Assembly: GCF_009914755.1 (NCBI RefSeq)
Contig: NC_060936.1
DNA: 64,000 bases
Reading direction: 5' to 3' (one strand)
DNA from: the human T2T-CHM13v2.0 reference genome, Homo sapiens
Below the pieces are notes generated by a model. It did not search any database, was not told where the DNA came from, and was given only the letters and a program-made list of their open reading frames with translations. The translations under genes were made by a program, and so were the position numbers. This document shows, piece by piece, positions 46,244-60,808 of this stretch; position 1 is the stretch's first letter, and every line of letters begins with the position of its first letter.

Positions 46244-49117
46244 TCAGAAGGGAGATTGTTTTTAAAGCAGGAGATCCTGAATTCTGTATTTAAATGCTGA
46301 TGTGACACAGCCCCTTGGGAGCATCCTTGATATGTGTGAGTCCTGTCAGGTGAACTGGGAACCACAACCCAAAGAAAGCGTCTAAGTCTTAGCTCTGTGT
46401 GATCTGGGCAAGAAAGGGCAGAGACAAAAGCTCACTGAGGATTTGCTTTGTGCAGATATTATGTGTGCTGCTCTGGCTCAGGTAATCTCAAGTAATCCCT
46501 TGTCGTGACCCACTGAGACGGATTATTAACCAAACTTTACAAATGAAAAAACTGATCTTCAAAAATATTAAGTAAAGGGCTTATGATCACACTGCCGATC
46601 AGAGGCTGTGATTTGAGCCCCTGAGCCAAGAACTGAACTCTGGTCTATTTGACTTCAATTCTAGTGCTCCTCCCACTAACAAAAACTGCTTGTCTCTTAA
46701 GAGGCTTGGTTTCCTAACCAGTAAAAATGACGAAGTCCCTTTCAATTTTAAAATTGTCTGGCACTTTTAATACAGTTTACCTTAGAGATGTGGGTATGTT
46801 TGATATCCGTCATGTATGTACAAAGTTTAAATATCTGTAATAATTAAGCCTCTGTGGAATTTAAGAGCCCAGGAGAGGAATTTCACAGCAACCAATGGGC
46901 AAATGTTGAGCAGGTTTCTGCAGAAGTTCAGATCTAGCTCTTTAAATCAGGAGTCCCACAGACTGGGGAGCATGCAGTTGCCATCAGGGACTCAGGGAAC
47001 AGCAGATACTGGGCTTGTTATTTTCAACATTTATTCATAATTTATTATAACAATATTTTATGGAAATTTGTCATAAGGTGATGCTTTAAATTTAACTGCA
47101 GGAGTTCTCAGAAAACACCCACAAAATGCAGTTTATATGATTTATGTACCCTGTTCAGTGCAGAATTCTTATTCATACATCTATTTAATGAATACTACTA
47201 TATCCAGGCACTGAACCTGGGTCAGATTGCACAAATAAGCCACATGCTCTATGCCCAATGAATTTCTGATCTATTGGATAATAGTAACACACAAGCATAT
47301 ACTAGAGTGTGACATATGATAGATGTGTGTGTAGTGTACTGTTGTGGGCATAGAATAAAAAAAGAAATTTTTTCCAAGGAGGGGGCTGATGAAAAAGCCT
47401 TACAGATGCAGGGTTTTATAGATGATGCCTCTACACAAGGTTCTGAAGAGTGATTCCGAGTTTGCCATGTGGACAAGTACACTACATGTGGTGATTCCCC
47501 ATCAGAAGCATTTGATTAACCAATTTCATTAACCTTCCATTCCCCAACCCTGTCAATTCTTTGTTGTCTGGAGCTTTACTTCTACAAAGTTACCATTTTC
47601 ATATGAAACAAGGAACTTTTCATGAGTGAGCTGTTATACCTGGCTTTTAAAGTTTGTTTCTGAGGAATTCTTTTGTGTTAACTAATTATACAGAATATGA
47701 TCTAGTTCTCTTACAAGCAAGGACAAAATTTCAGTGTCATCTCAATATAATATTTATCAATAGTTATTTATAACTATGCATCTGCAAGCTGGCCTATTAC
47801 ATAAAAGATAATGTAAGATGACATAAACCTGACTTGATATGGATATCCAATATTATTTAAAGAAGGAGGGAAATCACACTGATAAAAATCTAAGTGAAGA
47901 AGTACTTTGATGAGTAACTCAGTCTCAATTTTAGCATAAGTGGTCCCTAAGTGAACTGCAAGATAAGAATCTTACCTTGAACAACCTCAGTGACACAGTC
48001 TGAGAATGAAAACCAACCAACAGACCTGAAGAAAACTATTCTTTGGAATGACAGGCCTCTTGAAGGGTTTTAACTGCCCTCTCCAGCTTACTGGCTATCT
48101 CTGGCCTAGACCAGAGCAAATGCACAAAGGACAAACTATTTACTTTTCACAACCTGACTGTCAGGTAAGTAAAAGTAATCTAAACAAGGTTTTGTTTTTG
48201 TTTTTGTTTTAAATCAAGGTTAGAAAGACCACCTTTATTCCCAAAAGTTCCTGCTATAACAGGTGTTCTAAAGAGTTCTGAAGTACTCAGCCACTCTCTC
48301 TCCACCACAAAGTAAATGAAGTTTGGATTCCAGAGATTTCAGTATTTATATTCAGCAACTCACACAGGGTTTAACACAAATTCTGGGGCTGTGACATGGG
48401 TGCATAACTAGGTTTGGTTGGAGGATCAGGAAAAGTTTTACAATTTAGAAGCATTTGCTAAGATCTCTAAGACAAGAAAGCAGACAAGTGCTACAAAATA
48501 CTACAGGACTTCAGGAGAAAGAAGAAGGAGAAGCTTGGAAAATTAAGTATAGCTTCAACAGGCAGAAATAGGTGAGGTGTCTTTCCCACATCAGAGGCAC
48601 CTGGGATCCTTGTAAAAGTGCCAATTCCTGAGCCCCAGTCTCAGTCAAACTCTTGGGGTAAAGCGTGAAACTGGCATTTAACAAGTTCCTTTGGTGATTG
48701 GGAGGCTCATTAAAGTTTGAAAGTTGCTGAGACTGAGGTAGGAAAATGTCCAGACAGACTTGAGAGGTAGTTGATATGTAGGTACACTCATTTCATTTTA
48801 TACATAATCGTGAACATGTTTATATGTTAAGAAGTATACTTCTAATCCACCTTTTTAAATGGCTGATTAATATTTTATTATATGAATGCACTACCATTTA
48901 TTCAATCAATTCTCTATTGTTAGGTGTCCAATGATAAGGAATTTTATGTAAATTATAGCATGTTCACTAAAATTACGTACAGAATTTATAACATTAAAAT
49001 ATTTTATAGTATGGAAAAAGAATGCAAAATTATATAATTACAACCATGTAAAACAGACTTTCTATTAAAAACCTATAGCTTCGTAGCATATAAAGCCTTA
49101 AATTAAATAATGGATGA

Positions 49118-49812
49118 GGCCAGGTGTGGTGGCTCATGCCTGTAATCCCAGCACTTTGGGAGGCTGAGGTGGGAGGATCACTTGAGGCCAGGAGTTTGAG
49201 ACCAGCTTGGGCAACACAGTGTGATGCCATCTCTACAAAAACTTTAAAAATTAGCTGGGTGTGGTGGCATGTGTCTGTAATCCTAGCTACGCGGTATAAG
49301 ATTCTCCCCGGGGCCTGAAAGCTTAAGGAGATGAATAACTCCTCCCTTCTCAGGCCCAGTCCCAAGGCGCAAGTCCACTTGTGTCAGCAGCGTGTGTCAG
49401 CAAGATAGCAGAAGCAGGAAGAGAGCCGGCAGGAAGACACCTACCCTGGACAAAGACATGTACCCCTGATCGAGAAACAGGCCACCTGGGTACAACATAG
49501 CAGTTACGTCAGACTAGGACACTTCCTGTTTACAAGAGACTATAAAACCTCTGCCCTGTCCTCACTTGGGGCTGATGCCATTTTAGGCTTCAGCCTGCCT
49601 GTACCCAGGTGCTCATTAAAACAGCATGTTGCTTCACACCGCCTCGTGTTTTCTGTTGGCGCGCTCTCAGGGTTCCAACCAATACAAGAACCTTACACTC
49701 AGGAGACTGAGGTGCAAGGATCCCTTGATCCCAGGAGTTTGAGGTTACAGTGAATTATGATTGTGCCACTGCACTCCAGCCTGGGACACAGCAAGACCTG
49801 TCTCTTAAAAAA
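49118..49812 (+). mobile_element. AluJ-like host element, split at 49294/49698 by an LTR
   Basis: Alu consensus stops at cctagctac.. and resumes at ctcaggagactgagg. Confidence 0.88.
49295..49697 (+). mobile_element. ERV solo LTR (~403 bp; tentatively LTR18/ERVL-like) nested in the Alu
   Basis: Termini T(A)TAAG...CTTACA, degenerate 5-bp TSD, TATAAAA 49541, ATTAAA 49615; subfamily name from memory. Confidence 0.8.
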
Positions 49813-51155
49813 TTAATAATAATGAATGCATCCCTACAGGATTGAAAATGGCACACTGTCAGGGATAAGAGGCTAAATGATAGGATGATAAAGCTGAGTA
49901 ATTATTTTCACCTTTCCATCTTTCCAGTTTTTTTAATTTAAAAAAAAAAAAACCAAACCCTATCATTCATTAAGTGCAGATACTATGTGCCAGGCACTCT
50001 GCTAAGCACTTTATGTTATTTGATCTTCACACCTGTGAGGTGTGTGATAGCCACAATGTATAGTTGAGGAAACTTAAGTGGCAGAAACAGGGTTCAAATC
50101 CAAGTCTGTCTGATTCCAAAGATCTGTGCTCTTCTGAGGATCTAAGGCTGCCTCAATGTCCCTGAAAGTACTAGACAGGCCAAAGCCAACCCCACTCTGG
50201 GGAAAAAGTCCCCAGGCAGTTCTTTCAGCAGCATGCTGCTACGGTTTGCTCCTGGAGCAAGACTGGGCTTTCTTCCTGGCTATGACTGATTACAGAACAA
50301 GACAACTGAATCCGAGGCCACCCCACCGGGACATTCCACATTGGGTGTTAATGTCACAACTCCATCAGACTATCTCTATGTGGAGAGTCTCAATGGGACA
50401 TGCCTAGGGAGAAGCAGAGACCTTGGGTGGCCCAGTCATTGGGACAAAGCTGCAGTGATGTGAAGCACATTCCAGTTTTTCGTGAGGCTTGTTGTGTGTT
50501 TGGTCTGATACATAAAGTTCTGGTACACAGAGTAATAGATCAGCTGGTTTCCCAGGCTTGGATGTTTCTCTGTGTGTATCCTTACAAGTCACCTCTGACC
50601 TAAGTCCAAGCTTGAGAGAGTTTCCTCAATGAACTGAGTTTCAGTTTCTTCCACGTAAGTGGGAATAACAGCCCTACTGGCAAGGCTGCACTGTAGTGTG
50701 AGTTCCTTTTATCTTCCCTAACAACGATCCAAAGATCTGACATCAATTTCACGTATGCACATTCCCACTATACCCCACACACAAGAAGTTTATCACATAT
50801 GGCACGCAAAGCCCACATTGAATAATGAGTGAATCCACAGAAGAGTTGAAAATCACATATTATTTAGGTCAGTTTAAACACTCAGTCTCCAAAGTTCACA
50901 CGCCCTCTGTATTTGAAGGAGAGGAAGAGGTACCTGGCTAAGTGGTTTATTACAAACAAAACAAATGGAGGTTAACAAACAAAACAGAGACAAAAGGCAT
51001 GGGCGAAGTTTCCAGACTAGCTATGCTTGCATTTTATTATTCACAGCTCAAAGCATTTTACGTATATTCACTCATTTAACCCTAATAGCCACAAGTGGTA
51101 GGTATAGGGTTATCCTTTCACACACAAGTCAACAGTCTTTGGAAACTTCATAAGG

Positions 51156-51671
51156 CAGAGGTTCTCAAAGTGTGGTCATGGTACCAAGAGTATCAGTATC
51201 ACCTGGGAACTGGTTAGAACTGCACATCCTTGTGTTCCATCCTGGATGTGCTGAATGAGAAACTCTGGGGTTGGGGAGCAGTAATCTGTGTTGTTTTGTT
51301 TTTTTGGGTTTTTTTTTGAGGCAGAGTCTCGCTTTGTTGTTTTGTCCCCCAGGCTGGAGTGCATTAGAGTAATCGCGGCTCACTGCAGCCTCCACTTCCT
51401 GGGTTCAAACGACTCTCATGTCTCAGTCTCCAGAGTAGCTGGGACTACAGATGTGTGCCACCACGGCCAACTCATGTTTGTATTTTTAGTAGAGATGGGG
51501 TTTAGCCATGTTGGCCAGGCTGGTCTCGAACTCCTGACCTCAAGTGATCTGCCCACCTTGGCCTCCCAAAGTGCTGGGATTACAGGCGTGAGCCACTTCA
51601 CGCGGCTGGAAATCTACGTTTTAATAAGCTCTCCAGGTGATTCCCAGTCACCTGAAAGCTTAAGAACCACT
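51156..51671. mobile_element. MER5A-like DNA transposon interrupted by a minus-strand Alu (~51290-51608)
   Basis: cagaggttctcaaagtgtggtc...gaaactctgggg | Alu | tttaataagctctccaggtgatt...agaaccactg. Confidence 0.8.
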
Positions 51672-52084
51672 GTAACAAAGGACAAGACTGGGTAGTCTAT
51701 CCGTGGAGTCCCTGCTCTGTTCTTAACCACTATGCTGTACTGCTAATCACCTCAGAGATGGAAAATGGAAAACATCAAAGAAAAAACATCAAAGAAAAAC
51801 AAAAGAAACGTGAACGTGTGAAGCAAGCTTGCTGTGTACTGGCTTCTGTTGTTGAGGTTATTGTCTGTCTCCCCTCTGGGGAGAACTGGAAATGGAAGGA
51901 GGGAGTCGAGGGGCACAATGAGGATGGTTTGAGAAGTGATGGCTATTGTTTGCTGCCTTGGTTTTATTTGATTAGCTGGTACATCCCAAATTGCTCTCCA
52001 TTTAAGGACTACAGGTGAGCCTTAGTCACTCTGCCCCAGAGCTGTGGAATGTGGAGTAGCTGCACTTCTGGGATCAGGCTGCTA

Positions 52085-52440
<356 letters not shown>

Positions 52441-52454
52441 GAAAGTAGGGTAAG

Positions 52455-52735
52455 CACGTTCTCACTCATAAGTGGGAGTTCAACAATGAGAACACATGGA
52501 CACAGGGAGGGGAACATCACACACCTGGGCCTGTTGGAGGGTTGGGGGCAAGGGGAGGGAGAGCATTAGGACAAATACCTAATGCATGCAGGGCTTAAAA
52601 CCTAGATGACAGGTTGATAAGGTGCAGCAAACCACCATGGCACATGTATACCTATGTAACGAACCTGCATGCTCTGCACACGTATCCCAGAACTTAAATT
52701 AAAAAAAAACAAAAACTGACAAAAAAAAAAAAAAA
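52455..52735 (+). mobile_element. L1PA 3' end (short, 5'-truncated)
   Basis: gttctcactcataagtgggag...gcagcaaaccaccatggcac...cccagaacttaaa + A-tail. Confidence 0.92.
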
Positions 52736-54325
52736 GACAGTAGGGTGGCTGGACTGGCAAGGGAAGGAAAGACATGGACAAAATCCATTTGTACCATACA
52801 CACCCTGTCTCTGGGACACACACCTTTTTTCATGGCAAACCACCTGGCATGCACTGCGATTTCTGTAGAGTTTCAGGTTTGGGCCAGTCCACATGAACAC
52901 CCAGTCTGTTTCTGAACTCGCAAAGCTGAGAGCCTGTACAGATGTGATGCCCTCTAGCCTGCCCCAGGTCAGCCACAGGATCCCAATGAAGCTTAACTGT
53001 CATATTCTGTGTAGTGGGCTGGGAATTCCTGACTTTGTTTATGGACAGGGGAACCTGTCAAGGAAGGGTCTCAGGGAGTCAGGTGTCCCAGGGGTCTTGT
53101 GCTGCTGTGATAAGAGTAAGTGCTCTATTCTGCTCTGAAGTAATGAAGGGGCTGGGCTATTTCTTCTGCCTAGGTCAATTCTAAAGTCTACTTAGAGCCA
53201 TGAGTTTTGCAGTTCAGTTTAATATGGGAATGAGAGGAACACAGAAGGCTTCCCTGTTTAGGCTTCCCAAAATGGAATGAGAAATAGGCAGGCATTTGAC
53301 TCCAACTTCTGCTGCACTGGAATTTCCCGTTGCACAGATTCTGGTGTGGGGTCTAAAATGAGGCCACCTGCTGTGTTAGTATAACCCTGGGCCTTGTTGA
53401 GGTTGTGGAACTCAGTGGTCCCCAGGGGTTCTGCGTGGATCTGGGAACCATGTCCCCTGCACTTTTCTCTCTGGCCAACCTCTTTGGGCCCAGCATTCCT
53501 GGCTCTTCTAACTGATTGCCTGGACAAGGAAGCTTTATTCAGTGGAGTATGCTAACCCTGCAATGGCACTCTGAGGGTAGGGTGTGGAGCGCTGGTTGTT
53601 ACCAGGGACTACCTCATGCTCACCAGTCTTCACAGCTGTCTTGTCCTCCACCCCACCCCTTGGCTGCACCACCACCACCACTGCCACCATATACACCCTA
53701 GTCACTCTCTAATCCTGTGTCATCTTTCTTCACAACTTTTTCACTCTTTGAGATTGTATATTTGTTTATCTATATACTATCTGTCTCACCAAAATGTAAC
53801 CCACAAGGGCACTGCCTGGTGTGTTCACCATTTTGTTTAGGTTGCTGGTTTTGTTCACTGCTAACCTAACGGTGCCTGGCGCACTGTAGGTTTCAATTAG
53901 TATCTACTGTAACATTTCAAAAATTATTGGTGTATCTCCAGGACTGCGTTTTCTTGATAAATATTGGCACATAACATCCAGAGTCTTCCCTCGGTGTTCA
54001 GGGTCCTCCATCACCTGCCCTCCACCCGAATTTCCCACTACCTGCTAACACAAATGCGCCCACAGGAGGCAGGTTCCTTTCTGCACCCTAGTACCCTAGG
54101 CACAGCCCCACCTTATTTACATTGTTTTAGCTTAAAATGGCTTCATTGGATTTTCTGCCTTTTAAAATCCTCTGAATTCCACAAAATCCTGGTTCTAAGA
54201 AGTTTCCCCAGGCTGCTCTGACTCACCTGGGTTTTTCTCTCTTCAGAATATTTCTATAAAGTGGCATCCTAAGATTTGTCACTGTGAAGCATTCTGCCTT
54301 GAAGTTAGTTTTCTAAGGGTGTCAC

Positions 54326-54627
<302 letters not shown>

Positions 54628-54754
54628 TCATGTGGCCAAGTCTTGATTTCATAAAAATATTGTCATATTTTCCTTTTGCTCCCCTGCTGTGTCTACCAGG
54701 TAAATCATGGCCATTCCCTAAGGCCCAGGTCATCTTCTTAGTAAAGACCTCAGT

Positions 54755-55112
54755 GGTGGGTTGTATTATTGGTTGCCCAACATCTGGTGCCCTAATGAAC
54801 TCAGGCATATCATGTGACCTGCTCTGGCCAGTGAAATGTGGGCAGAAATGGTAATGTACCACTTCTGGGCAGAGCTTTAAGGGCTGATGCATGATTTGCC
54901 ATCTCCTTTCCCTCTGACATAAGACAGGCAATGATTGGATAGAGGGTGCTCTGTCAGCTTCGGTCCTGGAGGGAAGGTGACAGGGAGCAGAGTCACAACT
55001 GTTCAATAATGGACATATGAGTGACATCTAAATCTTTATTTTTCTGTTATAAGCCATAGCAATTTGTGGGTCTTCTATTTCTGCAGTACAGTCCAGCCCT
55101 TTTCATATGACA
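54755..55112 (+). mobile_element. MLT1-like LTR
   Basis: tggccagtgaaatgtgggcagaa...cttctgggcagagctttaag...tgttataagcca. Confidence 0.6.
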
Positions 55113-55271
55113 CTGCTTCCATAACCAACCCAAACCAAAATGACTTTCCCTCTAGTGAGTGTTCATTATACTTATTGCTGATACCTGTGCTTTTTCAGAT
55201 AGGGGTTCCCAGAACCATAAAATTTTGTGGAGGTGGCCCAGAAGTAAAGAAATCTTAGAAAATGTGTTTTA

Positions 55272-55393
55272 GGCCAGACACAGTGGCTCACGCCTGTAAT
55301 CCCAGCACTTTGGGAGGCCGAGGCAGGTGGATCATTTGAGGTCAGGAGTTCTCTGCAAAAAGTACAAAAATTAGCTGGGTGTGGTGGTGTGCC
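55272..55393 (+). mobile_element. Partial Alu
   Basis: Left arm with deletion. Confidence 0.85.
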
Positions 55394-57073
55394 ATGAATA
55401 CACTCATTTCTATTTCTGACATCACTTTCATGCTTTGACAAAATGAAGTCCAAATGAAAACATGTTGTTGAGTAAACTTTCCTTTGTTTGGGTGATTGAT
55501 CATATGTGAACTGGATCCCATGGCTCTAACTGCTTTTCCTTCAATGACTCCCCATGGCACTGAGATGGTACCTGATCCCCTCAGCATGCACACCAGACCT
55601 CTTGGGATCTGTCTTCTTCCTGCCTTGGGTTTCCCACCCCAATCCCATACACCAGGCCCTAGCCATTCTTCTTTATGTGTAGTTCCCAAAGGAGGTAACT
55701 CCCTGCCTTGACACCTTTAATACCTGCTCTTTCTTCTGCATGGATAGTCCTTAGCCCACCCCATCAAAGCGGCCAACCTCCCCTTGCCTTTTCAAGGCTC
55801 AGCTAAAAGCCTCCTGCCATCCAACACCTTCCTGATCCTTCTGCTCAGCCCCATCCCCTACCACCCTAAGTTAGATGCTTCCTTTGAACTTTCATAGATA
55901 GTACCCCTGCAACCCCTCTCCTATCATTTATTGAAACCAAAGGTTTTCCTGCAAGCAAGGGATTTTGTATCTCTGTGCTTGCAAAATCTGGTGTAGTGTC
56001 TGGCATATACATAGCAAATGATTGATAAATGTTTGCTGAGTGAATGGATGATTGGATAAATTAACAAACAAACCTGAGGAAGCTCACTTGGAGTCCGAGT
56101 CACCTTTGGTCCGGGGATTAGATGAAACTGTTTTCCAGTATTGATGGAAAAGTCCATAGTTAGTCTATGAGGTGCCATCCTGGGTGGGCTCTGGAAAGAA
56201 CCCAGTTTTCTAGATCAAATCAAGAGTCAATGCACCTTCTTGGAATATTTCCATGCAAGAAAGTGCCAAGATCCAAACCAAATGTCTGGTTTCAAGTTAG
56301 ATTCTTCCAACATTATGGGGAGATAGAGTTGCATTTGCTTACATGTTCATCCCCATAGTATTAAAGTTTTGATATTATACCCAAGAAATGTAGATGTTAG
56401 GTTCCATTTCATTTCTTCCTGAATAGGTGAATGGGGAGGTTTGGGAATTTCAGTTCCTAAATTAGGGACAGTTACGTTTTTAATTGAAAAAAAAAAATAG
56501 AGGAAAAATCTGAAGCTGCATTGGGTTGCAATAAATTTTCTTTTTTTTCTTCAAGACAGTCAAGACTCCCAGAGAAACAGAACAGCTTGTCTCATTAATC
56601 ACTAACCATCAACAAAAAACAGGAAGACGGTAGGAAATTCCTCTGCCTTTCTCCTCTTGCAACCCCACCTTCTCTATTCCTCCCACTCCATTCCCAGGTC
56701 AGAGACTCATAAACCTGTCCTGCTTCCTCTAAACATTTAAATTTTTAACCTATAAATTATAAGACATTTTTAAGAATGGAGTTTTAAAAACTGGACATAA
56801 TTATCATGCCCCAATCATTATAATTCTTCCATGTTCCCCTTTAGGTTTTTTTTTTTTTTTCCTCCATATAGCTACAGGAAACTTGTTTTTAAATCCCCAA
56901 AGTGAAAACCTCTAGGGACCTCATACTATAAAAAGCTGAGAACTTCCCTTTTTGGTCCCTTGAGGAAGAGGTCAAACATAACCAGATCATCTTTTTGAAG
57001 GACAATTCAGCTGTACTAAGAGCGAGATCGAGCATTACCTTAAAGTACAAATGAATACTTAAAGAGATTTCTT

Positions 57074-57384
<311 letters not shown>

Positions 57385-57444
57385 TTACAGTATGTCATGG
57401 ACATTCCGGTTCAGTGTTGAGGTTTTGTTTCTTGCTGCCCTATT

Positions 57445-57726
57445 GGTCTCACTCCGTCAGCCAGGCAGGAATGCAGTGGTGCAATCATGGCTCACTATAG
57501 CCTTGACCTCCCAGGGCTCAAGTCAGCCACCTCAGCCTCCTGAGTATCTGGGACTACAAGCATGGACCACTACGCCTGGCTAATTTGTGTATTTTTTTTT
57601 TTTTTTTGTAGAGATGGGGTTTTGCCATGCTGTCTAGGCTGGTCTTGAAATCCTGAGCTCAAGCAATCCACCCACCTCAGCCTCCCAAGATGTTAGGATT
57701 ACGGGCATGAGCCACTGTGCCTGGCC
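57445..57726 (-). mobile_element. AluJ-like
   Basis: Alu consensus. Confidence 0.88.
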
Positions 57727-58294
57727 TGGTGTTCTTATTTGTTATGAGTGCCTGCAGGTGTCACAGAGCTGTAATTTAAGAAGAGGTTAATTCAGACCCC
57801 TTTTGACCCCAGAAAAGACAGTTTGTTGGAGGTCTGCACAGCCCTATTGTCTATTTATTGCTACCATAAGAACTCATCCTTTAGTGGCAAGGAATAATGG
57901 CAATTAATTTACTAGTTTCCCCATAAGCTACTGTGGAGAAGAAAGGCTTTTCTTTCAGTCATCCTACTTCCTGAGTTTTACCCTAAAAAGCTCTCATTCT
58001 AAAGTGAAGCAAGTGAGAGTCCAGAGTGAAGGATGCTTAGCTCCCAATAGCAGGAGAGGCCTTGAAGTTACCAAAATTAGGTTCCCTAACCGGAACATTT
58101 GGTGGATTAACAAAGGTGGACTACTTCTCACTAGTATCACTGTTTTGAGATTTAAATCTCAAAAATAGATCAGTAGTTTAGTAAAGACATCAAAACCAGC
58201 ATTGAGCAGCACGTCACCTGCCTGAACACAGCATGTGAGATGAGATGATATACAGTATCCTCTTCAGGGCATCTGACATAATGATGAAATGTGC

Positions 58295-58500
58295 AGGTTC
58301 CAGAATCAAAGTGTCAGAGCTAAAACCCAGCTCTGTCACTTACTAGCCATGTGGTATTGGGCAAATTGCTTAATCCCTCTAAATGAATCAGTTTCCTCAT
58401 CCATATTATGGGATTAACGGTACTTACCCTCATGGGGTTGTTGTGCTATCTCATTTAATTCTTACAAGCTTTAAAAATAGTGCCAGAAACATTGTAAGCA
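58295..58500 (+). mobile_element. MIR fragment
   Basis: ccagctctgtcacttactagc...gggcaaattgcttaa...cagtttcctcatc. Confidence 0.75.
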
Positions 58501-59639
58501 CGTGTTTGTTTGAGGGCCTCAGGTGTACAAATTGGCTGATGACAAACTACTGGCCCTAGCAGATGATGTAGTATCAGACCAATTAAAGACAAATTTTCAA
58601 TATAAACAGTGTACATAACATAGGGATAGACTGCCAATTTGTTATGCCAAGAGACAGCAGAAATGTATGTGCCAGAAGATCTGCACATCAGGTCAAATAG
58701 ACTACCACTCACTGAAGTTAAAAAGAAAACTGGAGTGTGGATTCAGAAAGTGGAAGGGGCTATTTTGAGAGAACATGTCCTTCAAAATGTATTAGCACAA
58801 AAACTGTCACAAACATTCACACCACCAAGCATCAGGTAAATTACTTTTTCAACTCCAAGGACTGAATCTCATTCAGAATTCCCAGGCCCTAACAGCAGAG
58901 GACAGTGCTGAACTGGGAAGCCGCATGTTGCCATGAGGGCAGGGCAGAAAGCCAAGTCACCTCTGTTAACTGTGTTGAATCATTAACCATAAACACATTT
59001 TTCACAACATTTTCTTTCATGGCCTGTTCTCAAAATTATTGAGGACATCGTGTAGATTTTGACTATCTCAATGTTAATGAGCCTGGAAAGCATGTTAAGA
59101 ATTTCCAGTCTGGTGCTGTCATGGAGAGACTCCAACTCATCACTGTAAGAGGGCAAGCCAAGAGCTTGTAGACAAGGAAATGGTTCATTAGGAATCAACC
59201 AATGACATAAAATTGGTTCAATATGAATCGGTCAATGCCAAAAAAAGGCAGGGGAACTGTCCTAGATTGTGAGACTGTAGACGATGGGTGAGCCTTGCTT
59301 GATTTGATTCTGGGAACTACTGGAGAACTTTAAAAATGCAGTATGTTGTTGGATATTACTGAGTTATTATTTTTAGTTTAATAATGATGTGTCATGATTA
59401 GGCAGTAAGAAGTCATGCTTAGGAGATGCATATTGGTGTTTTTTGGGATGATGTGACATGCCATTTATCACTTCTAATGGTTCAGTAAAATCAACAGATG
59501 GAGCTCATGAGAGAGATAAAGCAAATGTGGCAAAATATTAACAACTGGTGGATGTATATGAATAATGTGTGAGTGCTTATTTTACTATTTTTGTATTTTT
59601 TTCTATAGGACTGAAAATTTTCTAAATAAAAAGCTGGAG

Positions 59640-60808
59640 GGATCAAGAGAATGAAAAGGTAAGCCACAGACTTGGAGAAAATGTTTGCAAAAGACATGTC
59701 TGATGAAAGAGTTATCCAAAATACAGAAAGAATTCTGAAAACCCAACAATAAGAAAATAAACAACTCAATTAAAAAATGGACAAAAGATGGAAACAGCAG
59801 GCATTTCACCAAAGAAGATAAACAGAGGGCAAATAAGCATATGAAAAGATGTCATCATATGTCACATCATATGTCATCAGGGAAAGGCAAATTAAAACAA
59901 CAATGAGATATCAATGCATTCCTATTAGAATGGCAAAAATTCAGAACACTGACAACACCAAATACTGGCGAGGATGTGGAGCAACAGGAACTCTCATTCA
60001 TTGCTGGTGGGAATGCAAAATGGCCAATTTGGAAAGCAGTTTGCAAGTGTCTTACAAAACTAAACCTACTCTTGCCATATGATCCAGCAAACAAGCTCCT
60101 TGTTATTTAACAAAATAAACTGAAAACTTATGTCCATATAAAAATTATACAGCTATTTACATTTTTATTTATCATTGCCAAAACTTGAAAGGAACCAAGA
60201 GGTCCTTCAGTAGGTGAGGGGATAAATAACCTGTGGTACACTCAGACAATGGAATACGAGTCAGTGTTGAAAAGAAATGATCTATCAAGCCATGAAGATA
60301 CATGGAGGAAACTTAAATGCATATTACTAAGTAAAAGAAGCCAATCTGAAAAGGCTATACTATATGAGTCCAAGCATATGACATTTTGAAACAGGCGAAA
60401 TTATGGAGACAATAAAAAGATCAGTGGTTGCCAAAGGCTAGTGAGGAGGGAAGGATGAAAAGATGGCACATAGGGTATTTAGGGCAGTGAAACTCCTCTG
60501 TATGATACTACAATGTCATTATACATTTGTCCAAACCCCTACTTCAGTGTAGGTTTATTAGTTGTAACAAATGTACCACTCTGGTGGGGGATATTGATCA
60601 TGGGAGAGGCTATGCGCGTGTGGGGATAGGGACAAGGGGTATGTGGGAAATCTCTGTACCTTCCTCTCAATTTTGCTTTAGATAATTTTGCTTTTGGGTA
60701 CTGGTTCTTGGGTTTTAAGTAAATATTTATATTTGTATTGACTTTGCCACAGTAGGTACAGCAAATTTGCTCTAAAACTGCTCTAAGAAAATAAAGTCTT
60801 AAAAAAAA
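59640..60808 (+). mobile_element. L1MC-like fragment (ORF2 end + 3'UTR)
   Basis: gaatgaaaagg.aagccacagac...ggatgtggagcaac.ggaactctcattcattgctggtggg...gaaatctctgtaccttc...aataaagtc+A-tail. Confidence 0.85.
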
